DNA of 63,226 bases, filler included, from Octopus bimaculoides (Eukaryota): NCBI RefSeq assembly GCF_001194135.2. It is 8 parts of 8 records of this genome, joined end to end, with 100 filler letters (N's around TTAATTAATTAA, not from the genome) between each part and the next. Parts side by side here need not be neighbours in the genome. Positions count along the whole stretch, not along the records: positions 47,873 to 59,519 come from NC_068993.1; positions 59,620 to 63,226 come from NC_068989.1; 6 more parts are not named here. One strand, given 5' to 3'. This document shows, one piece after another, positions 48,860 through 61,900 of this stretch. The position numbers and the translations under genes are program-made. Below the pieces are notes generated by a model. That model was not told the DNA's origin. It did no database searches and worked only from the letters and a program-made list of their open reading frames with translations. Position 1 is the stretch's first letter. The number at the start of each line of letters is the position of its first letter.

Positions 48860-50905
48860 CTTCACTGATAAAGAGGTACCTTAAAGCTGACATAATGAAC
48901 ATCATAAAAACGGTAAGATTTCGGCATTGCTCTTATCCCTTTTTTTTAACCCTTTGAACAATTGTATAGCAAGAATGAAACAAATGCCTAATACACACAC
49001 CTCACAGAGAAAACAAAGAACATATGTGGTAGAAACACTTCCATGCACACACGACTTCTTACAGAACACGATCGCTAAAACATGCAAGAGAACTAACATA
49101 CAGCGACATAGACACTGAAGCGAAAGAGCCAGCTATCTTGGCTCGTGTGTTCCGCTTCACCATGCGCCTGAGGTCCATCTTACCATACACCGTTCCTATC
49201 TCACGTTTAAGGATCAGTGCTGGCTGATTAAGCTTTCCAAAAGTGAAACAGGCATCGTATGTGTACTGACGATATTATCAACGCCGATATTAGTAAGGCT
49301 ACAGGACTGATACAATGGCATTGCAGCACCACAGGGATCGATTTGTTCTGCGGCATTGCGAAGAAACCACCACGCAGATTCTCCTAGTTCTATATCGTAG
49401 ATTTCTACCCTTCAACATCGAAATCCCTTCTCGTGAAGCATTTAGATTTTAGTAGACAATTCACTAATATCAACGACCTTGAGATTTTAATAGCAGAATC
49501 ATCGTGAACGCTAGAAAATTAATGTTGGTTCACAAGGATTCCTACTGGATGAAGTGCGATAGTGGGTCATTGTTCGACGTATCTATGGGTAGCTACGACA
49601 GTGCCGAGACCGCTAACCGCGTTTATTTATCCTGGGTACTTTAAGGAAGGACATAGCTCGGTCCTGTACAGGGACGACGGTCAAGCAATCTCAAGCCATA
49701 CAAGCGGCCACACCATGCACAAGTTCAGGAATGGTTTGATAAAGATCTTCAAAGCATTCGACCCTTCTTTAAGTCATTAAAAATTTCATAAACGTCAACA
49801 TCCTGGTTGTAACCCTAGACATGAAGTACTACCCTAATAAGAAGCCTAACGAGAATACTGGGAATATCCACGAAAACTCCAATCACTTCCACTTTTAATG
49901 AGAAACCTAGTCACATGCATAAGTAGAACAATCTCTTAACCATCAGGCGATAGTGAGATATTTTTAACAAAATCGCACACAACCCCAAACCCTAAGAGAT
50001 TAAAAGGAGAATCATTTAATTCAATCTTCCATTTAACCTAGAAGTTTCAACCAGCATAGCTAGGAACTTCCTGACACTAATTAAAAATTATAGAACCCAT
50101 AAGTGTTATAAGCTTTTCGACCCCAACAACGTCAAAGTCAGTTATTCCTGCTTCAAGAAAATCACTTCTAACATCACAAGCTACAAAAGACTCAAACATG
50201 CGTGTACACAGTCTTTAATCCACACCCAGTCTGTTAGTGCTGAAATCTTGGCATTACAAGACACTACATGGGCATGTCAGCCAGTGACTTCAAGGGAAGG
50301 TATACACGGCATATACACTCCTTCAGGTGCAGGGATAGGGAAACTGTACCGCCATACTCTGATTTATCTGGAAACTCCCGTGACCATCAGAATGACATCC
50401 TCAACATCGAATGAAGTGTCATTGACAGGAAGACCCCTACCCACCCGGAACTCGCAATTGCCAAATCTACCCTTGCGGGAGACTACACATTCTCCATCAA
50501 GCTGCAGTGTCCAACAGGAAAAATACACTAATCTATTGTTTCCACCAAAAGTACGCCTTGTTCGTGAACTTCTAGTTATAGGTCACCGAGAGCCCAGATA
50601 TACCACTTTAATCCTGGCTGCTCCATTCGCACAACGCCTACCACTTGTATAGACTACAGCTCTGTCCATGCTGACCATTCAGCCTCATTTTTTTAAACCA
50701 ACTGGTAACTAACTAACTAACACGAAAGACTGTTGCCGCTACAGTGTTAGTTCACCACTAACCCGCAACAACACAGCAGTCTGATATGTGTGACATCAAA
50801 TGTAACGAACTGTTGTCGCTGACTAATTCAAACCGTAACTTCCAGACATAGCGGCAACAGTTACCTGCCAACATCCTGTCTGAGCAGGACGTTAGTAGGT
50901 AACTA
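48860..50905 (+). mobile_element. Penelope-like element: decayed RT, GIY-YIG and structured tail
   Basis: FDVSMGSYDSAE, LYRDDG, PFNLEVSTSIARNFLTLI..KLFDPNNVKVSYSC and HYMGMSASDFKGRYTRHIHSF. Hammerhead-like motif at 50777-50821. Confidence 0.9.
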
Positions 50906-51102
50906 TAAATATATGATACATACAGGGAGATCAGAAAGTCTGAGCCATGTGAAGGAACGAATCATGAATAAATGTGCTTAAATTGAGGGAAACATCGAGT
51001 ATCTGCATTGAGTGCATGTGAATCGCAAAAAGTGCATCGAACTTTGCATTACCAATGGTGGAAACCATGTTGGAAATGTTTTTTTATTAATATAGGTCGA
51101 TA

Positions 51103-51350
51103 AAGCTTGCTTCCCAACCACATGGTTCCGGGTTCACTTCCACTGCATGGCACCTTGAATAAGTGTCTTCTACTATAGCCTCGGGCTAATTAAAGCCTTC
51201 TGAGTGGATTTGGTAGACGGAAACCGAAACAGGCCCGTCATGTGTGTGTTTGTCCCCAATAATTGCTTGACAGCTAGTATTGGTTTCTTTATGTCCTGCT
51301 AGTTAGTAACTCGGTAAAAGAACCGATAGGATAAGTATCAGATTTACAAA
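51103..51350 (+). mobile_element. SINE family A joined to a family C module
   Basis: agcttgcttcccaaccacatggttccgggttca...gtagacggaaac, followed by gtaactcggtaaaagaaccgataggataagtatcag. Confidence 0.85.
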
Positions 51351-52099
51351 AACAGAAAAAGAAAAAGAAACGTAAGTAGAGAGGTCGATTTGATCGCCTA
51401 ACCTCTTTAATGCGGGGCTCGAGCATAACTGATGCCCAATAACTGAAATAATTAAATGATGACATAAAGCGTAAGACTCCGCGCGAGTAGCAAATAAGGT
51501 GGTCTTCTATAGAAAAGTATTTAAACAAATTTATATAAAATAATTCTATGGAGAATTCTCCTAAAGCAACCCGTGGGGGAATTATAAATGTACCCATATG
51601 TGAAAAGTAGTGGGTGGTGATTTAGACAGATGTTTAAGGAATTTACGATAAAATCATTTTGATTCTGGGCGTGCATCTTTACGTTGGGATATAAATAGCA
51701 CACATTGTGTGTTGTCTGTGAGTTTATTTAAACGGTTTCTATAAAAGGAATTGGGTCAGCGTAAAGTATATATTTACAACAGACCATCGCATGGCCTGGA
51801 TTGCATGCGGTCGAATAGCAGCCATTCGTATGTGCCTGGCGGCGAACGTTTATGCGCGCAGAGACACACACACATATGCATTAAACACACACACGTGTGC
51901 ACAAGCATGCATGCACGTATGCACTTTGTATATATAGACATAAGTTTGTCTTTTTAATTAAAAAATATTTATAGATATATATGTTAATTAAATTATGCAC
52001 TTGCATACAAACATGTAGACATATAATAGTTGTATATGTATGCATATATATATACAAAATGAAGTACATTCATATACAACAATATACGCCTTTATATAA

Positions 52100-52136
<37 letters not shown>

Positions 52137-53532
52137 CATATATATATACTAACCCCTGGACGGGTCGCCAATCCCTCGCAGGATAACACATTTTTGCCCG
52201 TTGAGTGAACTGGAGTAACGTGAAATGAATTGTTTTCTCGTTTGGAGTATCTTTAATTGATGATTTCCCCATACAATGCTGACGATCATCCCTGTTGTGT
52301 CAGCATATTTACAAACAGAAAATACATGTTAATACAATGTTATCAAGACAATCCAAAATTGGTTAAATTCAAAGTGAAATAAGAAATATATTCTAAGAAA
52401 AGCTAGTTCGCTATATGTATGTATTATGTATGTATTATGTATGTGTATGTATGTGTATGTATGTATTATGTGTGTGAGTTTGAGATAGAAAAGATCTGTG
52501 TGAGTGGAGTGTGATGTATAAGAAAGGAGTGAGGGAGAGACGGATGAATAGAGTCACAAAAGAATTGGTGATTCTCACATCAAAAATAATTGTCTAGAGA
52601 CTTGCCAAGATGAAAAACTAAAGATTCATCGAAATTTCTATATTCAGTAGACGTATAAAAATGTCACTCACAATTTGTCGATCAGAACGTATTTTATAAC
52701 GAATAAAATATTTTCTTTATTTCTTTTACGTCTGGTTATATTTGGGTTTGAATAAAAGATCATGTGAAGAAAATTACTTCCAAGCATTTGCTATCCGGGG
52801 AGGAACAAGTGAGGTGTAACGAAAATTTGGCAGAATTGTATGTNNNNNNNNNNNNNNNNNNNNNNNNNNNNNNNNNNNNNNNNNNNNNNNNNNNNNNNNN
52901 NNNNNNNNNNNNNNNNNNNNNNNNNNNNNNNNNNNNNNNNNNNNNNNNNNNNNNNNNNNNNNNNNNNNNNNNNNNNNNNNNNNNNNNNNNNNNNNNNNNN
53001 NNNNNNNNNNNNNNNNNNNNNNNNNNNNNNNNNNNNNNNNNNNNNNNNNNNNNNNNNNNNNNNNNNNNNNNNNNNNNNNNNNNNNNNNNNNNNNNNNNNN
53101 NNNNNNNNNNNNNNNNNNNNNNNNNNNNNNNNNNNNNNNNNNNNNNNNNNNNNNNNNNNNNNNNNNNNNNNNNNNNNNNNNNNNNNNNNNNNNNNNNNNN
53201 NNNNNNNNNNNNNNNNNNNNNNNNNNNNNNNNNNNNNNNNNNNNNNNNNNNNNNNNNNNNNNNNNNNNNNNNNNNNNNNNNNNNNNNNNNNNNNNNNNNN
53301 NNNNNNNNNNNNNNNNNNNNNNNNNNNNNNNNNNNNNNNNNNNNNNNNNNNNNNNNNNNNNNNNNNNNNNNNNNNNNNNNNNNNNNNNNNNNNNNNNNNN
53401 NNNNNNNNNNNNNNNNNNNNNNNNNNNNNNNNNNNNNNNNNNNNNNNNNNNNNNNNNNNNNNNNNNNNNNNNNNNNNNNNNNNNNNNNNNNNNNNNNNNN
53501 NNNNNNNNNNNNNNNNNNNNNNNNNNNNNNNN

Positions 53533-53573
<41 letters not shown>

Positions 53574-54069
53574 TGTGTGGGTGTGTGTGTAACAACAGTT
53601 AAATTTATATGCATTCAACGATTTTAATATATGTTGAAGATTCGCATTAATTCTTTTATTCGTATCTTTATATATATACTTTTATCGTCATTATTATTTA
53701 GTAACAACCCCGCCTCATGAAAACAATACAGCATCACAACTCCACGCGCTAACTACATTGCACTAACGTAGTAGATAGTCACACATACTCTTCGATTATG
53801 TTTACATTGGCATGTCTGACAGCACATAAACTAACAGACGGCAACACCATCATCGACATTCAACGGCGGCAACAACAACAGAAACAGCAGTAGCAACGGC
53901 AATAAAAACAGTAACAAACAAAAATAAACAACGGAAACAAGACTGTGTAAAACAATATTGGTAAATTACTGTTTTTGAGTGGAGACGGCTGTTAGTCGTA
54001 AGGTTTATTACATCGAAAACTAAACAAAAGTCACGAACAGATTTCGAAGTAAAATGCAAGTGTGTTTTC

Positions 54070-54079
54070 TGTGGTAGTG

Positions 54080-54111
<32 letters not shown>

Positions 54112-54600
54112 TGCATGTATGTATGTATGTATGCATGTATGTATGCATGTATGTATGTATGTATGTGTATCTGTGCACGCATGTATGTATGAATATATAT
54201 ACGTACATATGTATATATGTATGAATGTATGTATGCGTGTGTGTATATGTTCATATGTATGTATGAATTTATGTACGAACGCATGTATGTATGTATGCAT
54301 GCATGTACGTAGGTAAGTATATATGCATGTGCATACGTTTGAATCTGTGCGTGTGTATACATATATACACATACGTATGTATGTATGTATCTATGTACGT
54401 ATTTGTTTATGGTTGTATGTTTGTTTGTATGTTTGTATGTATGTTTTATATGTTTGTATGTATGTTTGTATGTATGTATGTACATGTTTGTGTGTATGCA
54501 CGTATGTATGCATGCATGTATGTATGCATGTATGTATGCATGTATGTATGTGTGTTTATGCACATGTGTATGCATGTATCTATGTGTGTATGCGTTTGCA
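54070..54600. repeat. (TATG)n/(TG)n low-complexity array
   Basis: Direct reading. Many similar (TA)n, (CA)n and (TATG)n tracts occur across 17-61 kb. Confidence 0.95.
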
Positions 54601-55078
54601 TATATGTTTTCTCTGGAATGTATTTAAGTATTGTTTTGCTTCCTTTTAGTAGAATTTAAACCAATCACTAACGAAGTGACAAGTTTCTTTCCTTTACGTC
54701 AAAAGACAGCTCTTGTGGGGTTTGTGATTATCGAAATTGATTGGTGTGTGCATAATCAGTTAGTGCGTATATGTACCTGTATATATTGTATGCATATACA
54801 ACAACAAAAGCGATAAAAATGGTGTTTTATTATATTTTTAGTATAAAATAATAGTTTCATGTTTTAATACAAATCCAGTGGTTTTGAGATTAACGGGGTT
54901 TAATCCAAGACATCGACCCAAATAATTGAGTGGTAAATTATTTTATTAATCCTGGGAGAGTTAAAAGTAAATTTGGCCTCAACAGGATTTCAGCTCAAAT
55001 TATGAAGAGCTAGAAAAAGTACAGTAAACTAGTTTTTTGTGACGCTCTAATGATTCTTCCATCCTACACACCTATTGC

Positions 55079-55138
<60 letters not shown>

Positions 55139-55159
55139 TTTGTTGCTTTATTTTATCGA

Positions 55160-55730
55160 CCAACATGGACCAACATGGAGTAGAGGTTGGCAGCAGATGG
55201 ATTTTCTGGCTATTAAAATCTGTCCCTTCGATAAAAAGCACAATTAAATATACTCTCCAGCCTGGTCAGGTATTTTGGGAGGCAAGGTTTGATGTCTGAC
55301 GGATAATACAGCACTGAGACAATGCAGGCATTAGCATTTCCACCCGACCTTTCAAAGACAACTTCTTTTTTTATTTCCACTCCTGAATAAGACTGGCTAC
55401 CATTTGCGTGACCTCTTCCTAGTTCTGAACTACTTGGGGTTCCTGTCCAAATCAAAATCCGAATACCTTAACTGTTCCTTCGGTCTAGTAACAAAAATTG
55501 CCATTGATTAGTATAGGCCTGCATCTCCTAGTTTCAAGTCGCAAGCCCACTGACTTATTTCGTTTGCTGTGAGCTCCAGTGCACTCAAGATACCTTTACA
55601 ATATAGTGTTGACCGCTTCTGTATTCGAAGTATAGGACACCATGATGGAGATGTCATCATCGTATACCGACACAACACGCCTATGACTCGTTCGAGTGAG
55701 ACGCCCTTCAAAGTCACAATAATCTGCAGT
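55160..55730 (-). mobile_element. Tx1/L1-clade LINE RT remnant
   Basis: VSVYDDDISI (degenerate YADD), ECTGAHSKRNKSVGLRL, TEGTVKVFG, KLSLKGRVE and LTRLESIF. Confidence 0.85.
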
Positions 55731-55789
55731 AATAACTACAGGGCTAAAACATACAAGAAAAATAAGAGCAGCCAGAACAATAATACTTT

Positions 55790-56770
55790 GTAGCATTTCG
55801 TTTGTCTTTACGTTAAAATTCCGTCGGGATCGACTTTGTCTTTCGGGGTCGATAAAATAAGTACCAGTTGAGTACTGGATGGTGGAGGGTCGATCAAATC
55901 GACTTAGCCCCTCCCCAGCAATTGGTGGCCTTGTGCCATAAATTGAAACCAATATTATTTTAATTATCGGTTTCCGCAATTCAGGGAAGACAACTCCTCG
56001 TTTTGGTCTTATTAGACGTCCTTAGAAAAAAAAACACAAAGATTCCGTACTTAATCAGGGCCGATTTAGACGTTAAACAACAACAACAACAACAAAAACT
56101 ACTACTACTACTACTACTACGACTACTACTCACGTCACATATTCAAATATTTACATGTCCCACACCCTGTATTAAATAAAGCAATAACAATGGTCGTTTT
56201 GTGGAGTTTTTATTGTAAATATTTCCCACAGAGAGGCAAACGTTTTGGTGACAGCTCAATTGATGGAGCTACGCCAAAGAAAGAAATAATATAAAAACAT
56301 AACACATAACACAGAGATAGAAACAGAGAGAAAGATGGTGGGGGGGAGTATAGATTTTTTTCTTTTTTTTCTTCTAAATGCGAAAATAGGAAATACAAAA
56401 TGAAAGAAAACATTCTTAATAACCAAGTATTTAATTGAATGTTTTCAGAAAAAAACATATTCTATGAACGCGGCAACGAGGGGAACCTTTAACAAGGCTA
56501 CGAAGAAGTCTGAGTAGAACCAGCCAGGGTGCATATGTCCATGTGGTCACATGATCTGTTTGAAACAGTAAAGCTGATAACGCGGCCTCCAATCGCACCC
56601 AACCGTTATTAGTAATGTTGTTAAGGTTTTCGAGCTAACCGAATCCTTGGTACACCGGAGAAAATGCTTCGCGGCGTTTTAGCCGTCTTTACGTTCTGAG
56701 TTCAAATGCCGCCGAGGTTGATTTTGCCTTACATCCTTTCGGGGTGGATAAATTAAGTATCAATCAAGTA
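55790..56770 (+). mobile_element. Two SINE family B copies (55790-55950, 56640-56770)
   Basis: Each contains tttgcc/gtc tt(t)ca/cggggtcgataaa(a/t)taagta. Confidence 0.8.
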
Positions 56771-56959
56771 GAAAGGTTATTAGTAATGTTGTTGTTGTTG
56801 CTTAGCTTCTGTTCAGCCCTGATTGAGTCGATCTATAATAATTATACTTGGTCCTTCGCGGAATGCAGGGTGCCGGAATCAAACTGCCGTGTTGATCCAA
56901 CGATCCGATGAAATGATTGATGGGAACGGCGGTTTAGAGTTAGTTGTTCATTACTTCCG

Positions 56960-57279
56960 GTAATGATGTTATCATCATCATCATCATTGTCATCATCGTC
57001 ATGACCATCATCATCATCATCATCATCGTCATGTTCACCACCACCACCACCACCACTACTGAAAGCTCTACCACAATATTAATCACCAGCATAACCATCG
57101 CCATCATCAACCAAGGCAACCATCAGTAACAGCAGCAGCAACAACACCAACAACACTACAGCAACCGCAAAAATTATCAGCAGCAGCAGCATCAACTTTA
57201 TCCTCATGATCACCACCACCGCCACTACCATGGTAGCAACAAACAATGTCATCGTCGTAGTCGTCTTCCTTGTCGCCGG

Positions 57280-57329
<50 letters not shown>

Positions 57330-57339
57330 CCACCATCAC

Positions 57340-57377
<38 letters not shown>

Positions 57378-57402
57378 CCACCATCACCACCATCATCATC
57401 AG

Positions 57403-57443
<41 letters not shown>

Positions 57444-57445
57444 CC
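56960..57445. repeat. (CAT)n/(CAC)n/(CAG)n trinucleotide array
   Basis: Direct reading. It produces the poly-M/D/I/S ORFs. Confidence 0.95.
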
Positions 57446-57795
57446 TCCTGTAACAGGAGCAAACGCTATCACTGTCACCAATTCTTTCTCTTTCCTAAGA
57501 TTGAATAAACAAATTAACAGTGTTAGGAATAAACAATCAGATAGACATATCGATTAATTATCGATTGGGTAGATGTGTGTTTTTTAAACATATTTATGCT
57601 ATTTTGATGTCACTCTAGTTTGTTATTCTTCAATGAAATAACAAATAAATAATAATTTTAACATTGTTATTCCATCACTTCAACATATCTTTGGCGGAGG
57701 GGGGGGGGTGAGGTGAGGGATGTGGAATGCGATACCTCTTTGTATATACACTTGCACATACATACATTACATAAGTATGTATGCATGTATGTATG

Positions 57796-57859
<64 letters not shown>

Positions 57860-57997
57860 AACAGGCAAACACACACAAACTCATAAATATATTCGTATAT
57901 ACATATACAACTCCACACTATCGATGTATATGCATATAATTATATGTATATACATATACATTTATATTTATGAATATATATATATTCATATATGTAT

Positions 57998-58053
<56 letters not shown>

Positions 58054-58687
58054 NNNNNNNNNNNNNNNNNNNNNNNNNNNNNNNNNNNNNNNNNNNNNNN
58101 NNNNNNNNNNNNNNNNNNNNNNNNNNNNNNNNNNNNNNNNNNNNNNNNNNNNNNNNNNNNNNNNNNNNNNNNNNNNNNNNNNNNNNNNNNNNNNNNNNNN
58201 NNNNNNNNNNNNNNNNNNNNNNNNNNNNNNNNNNNNNNNNNNNNNNNNNNNNNNNNNNNNNNNNNNNNNNNNNNNNNNNNNNNNNNNNNNNNNNNNNNNN
58301 NNNNNNNNNNNNNNNNNNNNNNNNNNNNNNNNNNNNNNNNNNNNNNNNNNNNNNNNNNNNNNNNNNNNNNNNNNNNNNNNNNNNNNNNNNNNNNNNNNNN
58401 NNNNNNNNNNNNNNNNNNNNNNNNNNNNNNNNNNNNNNNNNNNNNNNNNNNNNNNNNNNNNNNNNNNNNNNNNNNNNNNNNNNNNNNNNNNNNNNNNNNN
58501 NNNNNNNNNNNNNNNNNNNNNNNNNNNNNNNNNNNNNNNNNNNNNNNNNNNNNNNNNNNNNNNNNNNNNNNNNNNNNNNNNNNNNNNNNNNNNNNNNNNN
58601 NNNNNNNNNNNNNNNNNNNNNNNNNNNNNNGGTAGAAGAAAAAAGGAGGACGAAGAAGAAGAAGAGGAGGGGAAGAGGAAGATGAAT

Positions 58688-58731
<44 letters not shown>

Positions 58732-59224
58732 CGCAAAGGAAAAGAAGAAGAAAAAGAACATTTATTTTCACATCTAAAAATAAACCATTTCACTTCACTT
58801 CAGTTCCTTGTTTTCGCAGAACATTACCAGAAGTGAGTTTAGTTGCACGTCTCTTCTCTATTTTGATTGGATGCTTATCAATAAAAAAATAAAAAAATAA
58901 AAAAATAAATAAATGAATAAATAAATAAATCCAGACATTATTTTAAATCTAAAACAGCAAATTGTCAGCTTAACTGTTTGTCTTCTTTACAAATTGTTTT
59001 GTTGTTGTTGTTGTTGTTCTTGTTGATTATGATCTTATTTATATACATCTTCTGTTTACTATTTGCATTTATCGTTTCATTAGTACTTTGTCGTCAGTTT
59101 TTCTAGACTTAGTGTTGTCTGTTTCATTCAGTCTTAATGTGTGTGTCTGTGTGTGTGTGTTTGTGTGTGTTATTTTTTGTTTTAATTCTTTTTTTTATTT
59201 TTCTTTTACACTTTCTCATTAGCG

Positions 59225-59342
59225 AAGACGTATGCCCTGGTGGTTAAGGTGTCGCACTCGCGATCTTAAGACCGTGATTTCGATTACCGGAGCGGGCGTT
59301 GCGTTGTTCTCTTGAGCAAAACTCTTCATTTCACGTTGCTTC
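59225..59342 (+). mobile_element. SINE family D 5' part
   Basis: tggtggttaaggtgtcgcactcgcgatc..gatttcgattaccggagcggg..ctcttgagcaaaactcttcatttcacgttgct. Confidence 0.7.
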
Positions 59343-59732
59343 CCTTCGGAGGAGAGAAAGTTATAACCTCTGCCCGTTACATGCCATGTAAACCAGATAA
59401 AGCTGCATCCTTATAGATCCTGAGGCCCTTTATTTTTGTTTTCTATGTTTTTTAGCTTGTTTTGCTTTTTACTTCCTCATTCACAAAGCTTCGTGACCCA
59501 CTGGATAGCGTGTTGCACTNNNNNNNNNNNNNNNNNNNNNNNNNNNNNNNNNNNNNNNNNNNNTTAATTAATTAANNNNNNNNNNNNNNNNNNNNNNNNN
59601 NNNNNNNNNNNNNNNNNNNTCCTAATCCAGCTTTGTGGTAGGCTATCAAAGGCCTTTTTATAGTCTATCCAGGCTATTGACAAGTTTTTGTGTCGCTTGT
59701 GACAATCTTCTAAGATCATCTTATTGATCATC

Positions 59733-59811
<79 letters not shown>

Positions 59812-60193
59812 CTAAACAAGGATGTTGTTGTCAGTGTGACTACTAAGTTTCGGCCGACAATAGTTTACCTGGCCGTAACTTCGAGTCACTCTCAACAGCA
59901 TTTTTGTTCCAGAATAATAAATTTGTACTCTACCAAAGTATAAAGTAACCCATCAGAAATCTAAATGCTTTCTATTGAATCGTTAGTGGTATTTCTAGCA
60001 GCTTTTTTACTTTCTGAGTTCAAATTCCACTGTGGTCAACTTTGCCGTTCATCCTTTCGGTATTTTTAAAAACGTACCAGTTGCTAGCCGTGTACTTATA
60101 ACAGGAAGGATTATTAATGGCACACTTCGTATTAAAACTGAAAGGGTAGTGTGATCTAAATACATGCAGCATGCCTGCTTATAAGCATGCGCC

Positions 60194-60237
<44 letters not shown>

Positions 60238-60502
60238 GAGAGGGGGGAGAGGGAGAGAGAGAGAGGGAGAGAGAGAGAGAGAGAGAGACATATACACACA
60301 CAGAGACATATACAAAGCTATACTTGTATTATATAAATTTTAAAACTATTCCTATAGAGTGAAAGCAAATAATAATTTTAATCAGTTATGGAGATTTTGG
60401 TAAACAAGAGCTGGTTACAAGTAGAAACCTAGCGACTATTGTACATGTAAACATACACACATATATATACAAGCAAATCTATTTAGATGTATACAATTCT
60501 GC

Positions 60503-60545
<43 letters not shown>

Positions 60546-60917
60546 TATATATACACATACATACATACATACATACACACATATACATGCATACATTATA
60601 TATATCGATATACATGCATACGCCCACATGTATATGTATGTATCTCTCTCTGTATATATATATACGTACACACTCTCACGTACATACACGCTCATATTTT
60701 GCAAGTACTGTACTTCTAACTCGCCATCAGTCATAACCATTACAACCACGATAGTAACTACTACGGTAGGGTATGTCCCCGCCCCCACCCCGAGGTTTTT
60801 GTCGACATTTCAACACTGTTTACTGGAGAAATTCTAGACACTCGTGGGATTTAATTGCAAGACAACACACCTGATTAAAAATTAAGACGGCAACGATCAC
60901 CTAAAACAACGATGTTA

Positions 60918-61011
<94 letters not shown>

Positions 61012-61015
<4 letters not shown>

Positions 61016-61900
61016 ATAATAATAATAATAATAATTTCGTGTATTGGCCAGAAGGACTCAAAACATTCAGGACAGTATCGAAAGATGAAATACAACGTAC
61101 AAATAAAGGGTTTACATCGATCAGAAGGGAATAGCAAAAGATATTGAAATGAAATACCTAGCTCTCCTCCACCCCTCCCAAAGTTTTAATAAGAAAACTT
61201 CTAACGTGGGCGAGTCCAACTTGGGTAATTTTGGCGGGGTAAACCGCACAAAGAACGCCTGGATGACTTTGCTATCTGCCAGCCTATGAGCGTGCGCTCT
61301 CTCCTCTACTGAGAAAAAGAGCATACTCAAGGCAGGCCCATTTAGATTCACCAGTGTTGCCATTCTCTCCATCTTTCGATGAACATACTAGAAGACAACA
61401 CCTACCTCTCTCTCTTCATCTCCTTTCTCACGTGCCATTTGAAGAAGTTGTTGAGAGCTTGTGTAGATTGGAAAATGGCTGTCTTCAAATCTTCAAACCT
61501 TTCAGAAGAGCCCACCACATAACTTCTTCCGTCACAGCCACCGAGTAAAGAAAGATCTACGTCTCTTCCCTGGCAAAAGAAGGTGGCGCATTGATCTTCA
61601 CTATGCGCTTGGTGGACAGCCAGATTTGTTCTCGTATACGCAACAGCAACTGTTCAACACGAGTCCACAAATCGTTCATAAACGGACATTGAAGGATGGC
61701 GTGCAGAACGCCTTTGTTGCCCTGCAGGCATCTCAGAAACGTTTGACTTTTGGTGCTTCCACGCTTGCGGAATTTATCCCAAATAATAGCACATACTGGT
61801 CAACATACTGGTCGTTGCCATGAGTTCTTGGCGATGCGTAAATCCACTAGTTGTCCATCGTCGACTGTTGTACTCTCACACACACTCTATAGTAATCAAA
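61012..61900 (-). mobile_element. Tx1/L1-clade LINE 3' end with zinc-knuckle region and (ATT)n tail
   Basis: WDKFRKRGSTKSQTFLRCLQGNKGVLHAILQCPFMNDLW, a degenerate CxxC..HxxxxC. The 3' UTR ends in (ATT)n/(AGT)n near 61012. Confidence 0.8.

Noticed and set aside
58820-58832. Plus-strand 13-nt microexon (ttttcgcag|AACATTACCAGAA|gtgagt)
   Set aside because: It is not frame-preserving and has no gene context. Similar chance matches occur elsewhere, for example at ~2437 and ~30320.
17379-60837. Many long ORFs rich in YI/HT/CV/poly-residue runs or X
   Set aside because: They are translations of microsatellites and N gaps.
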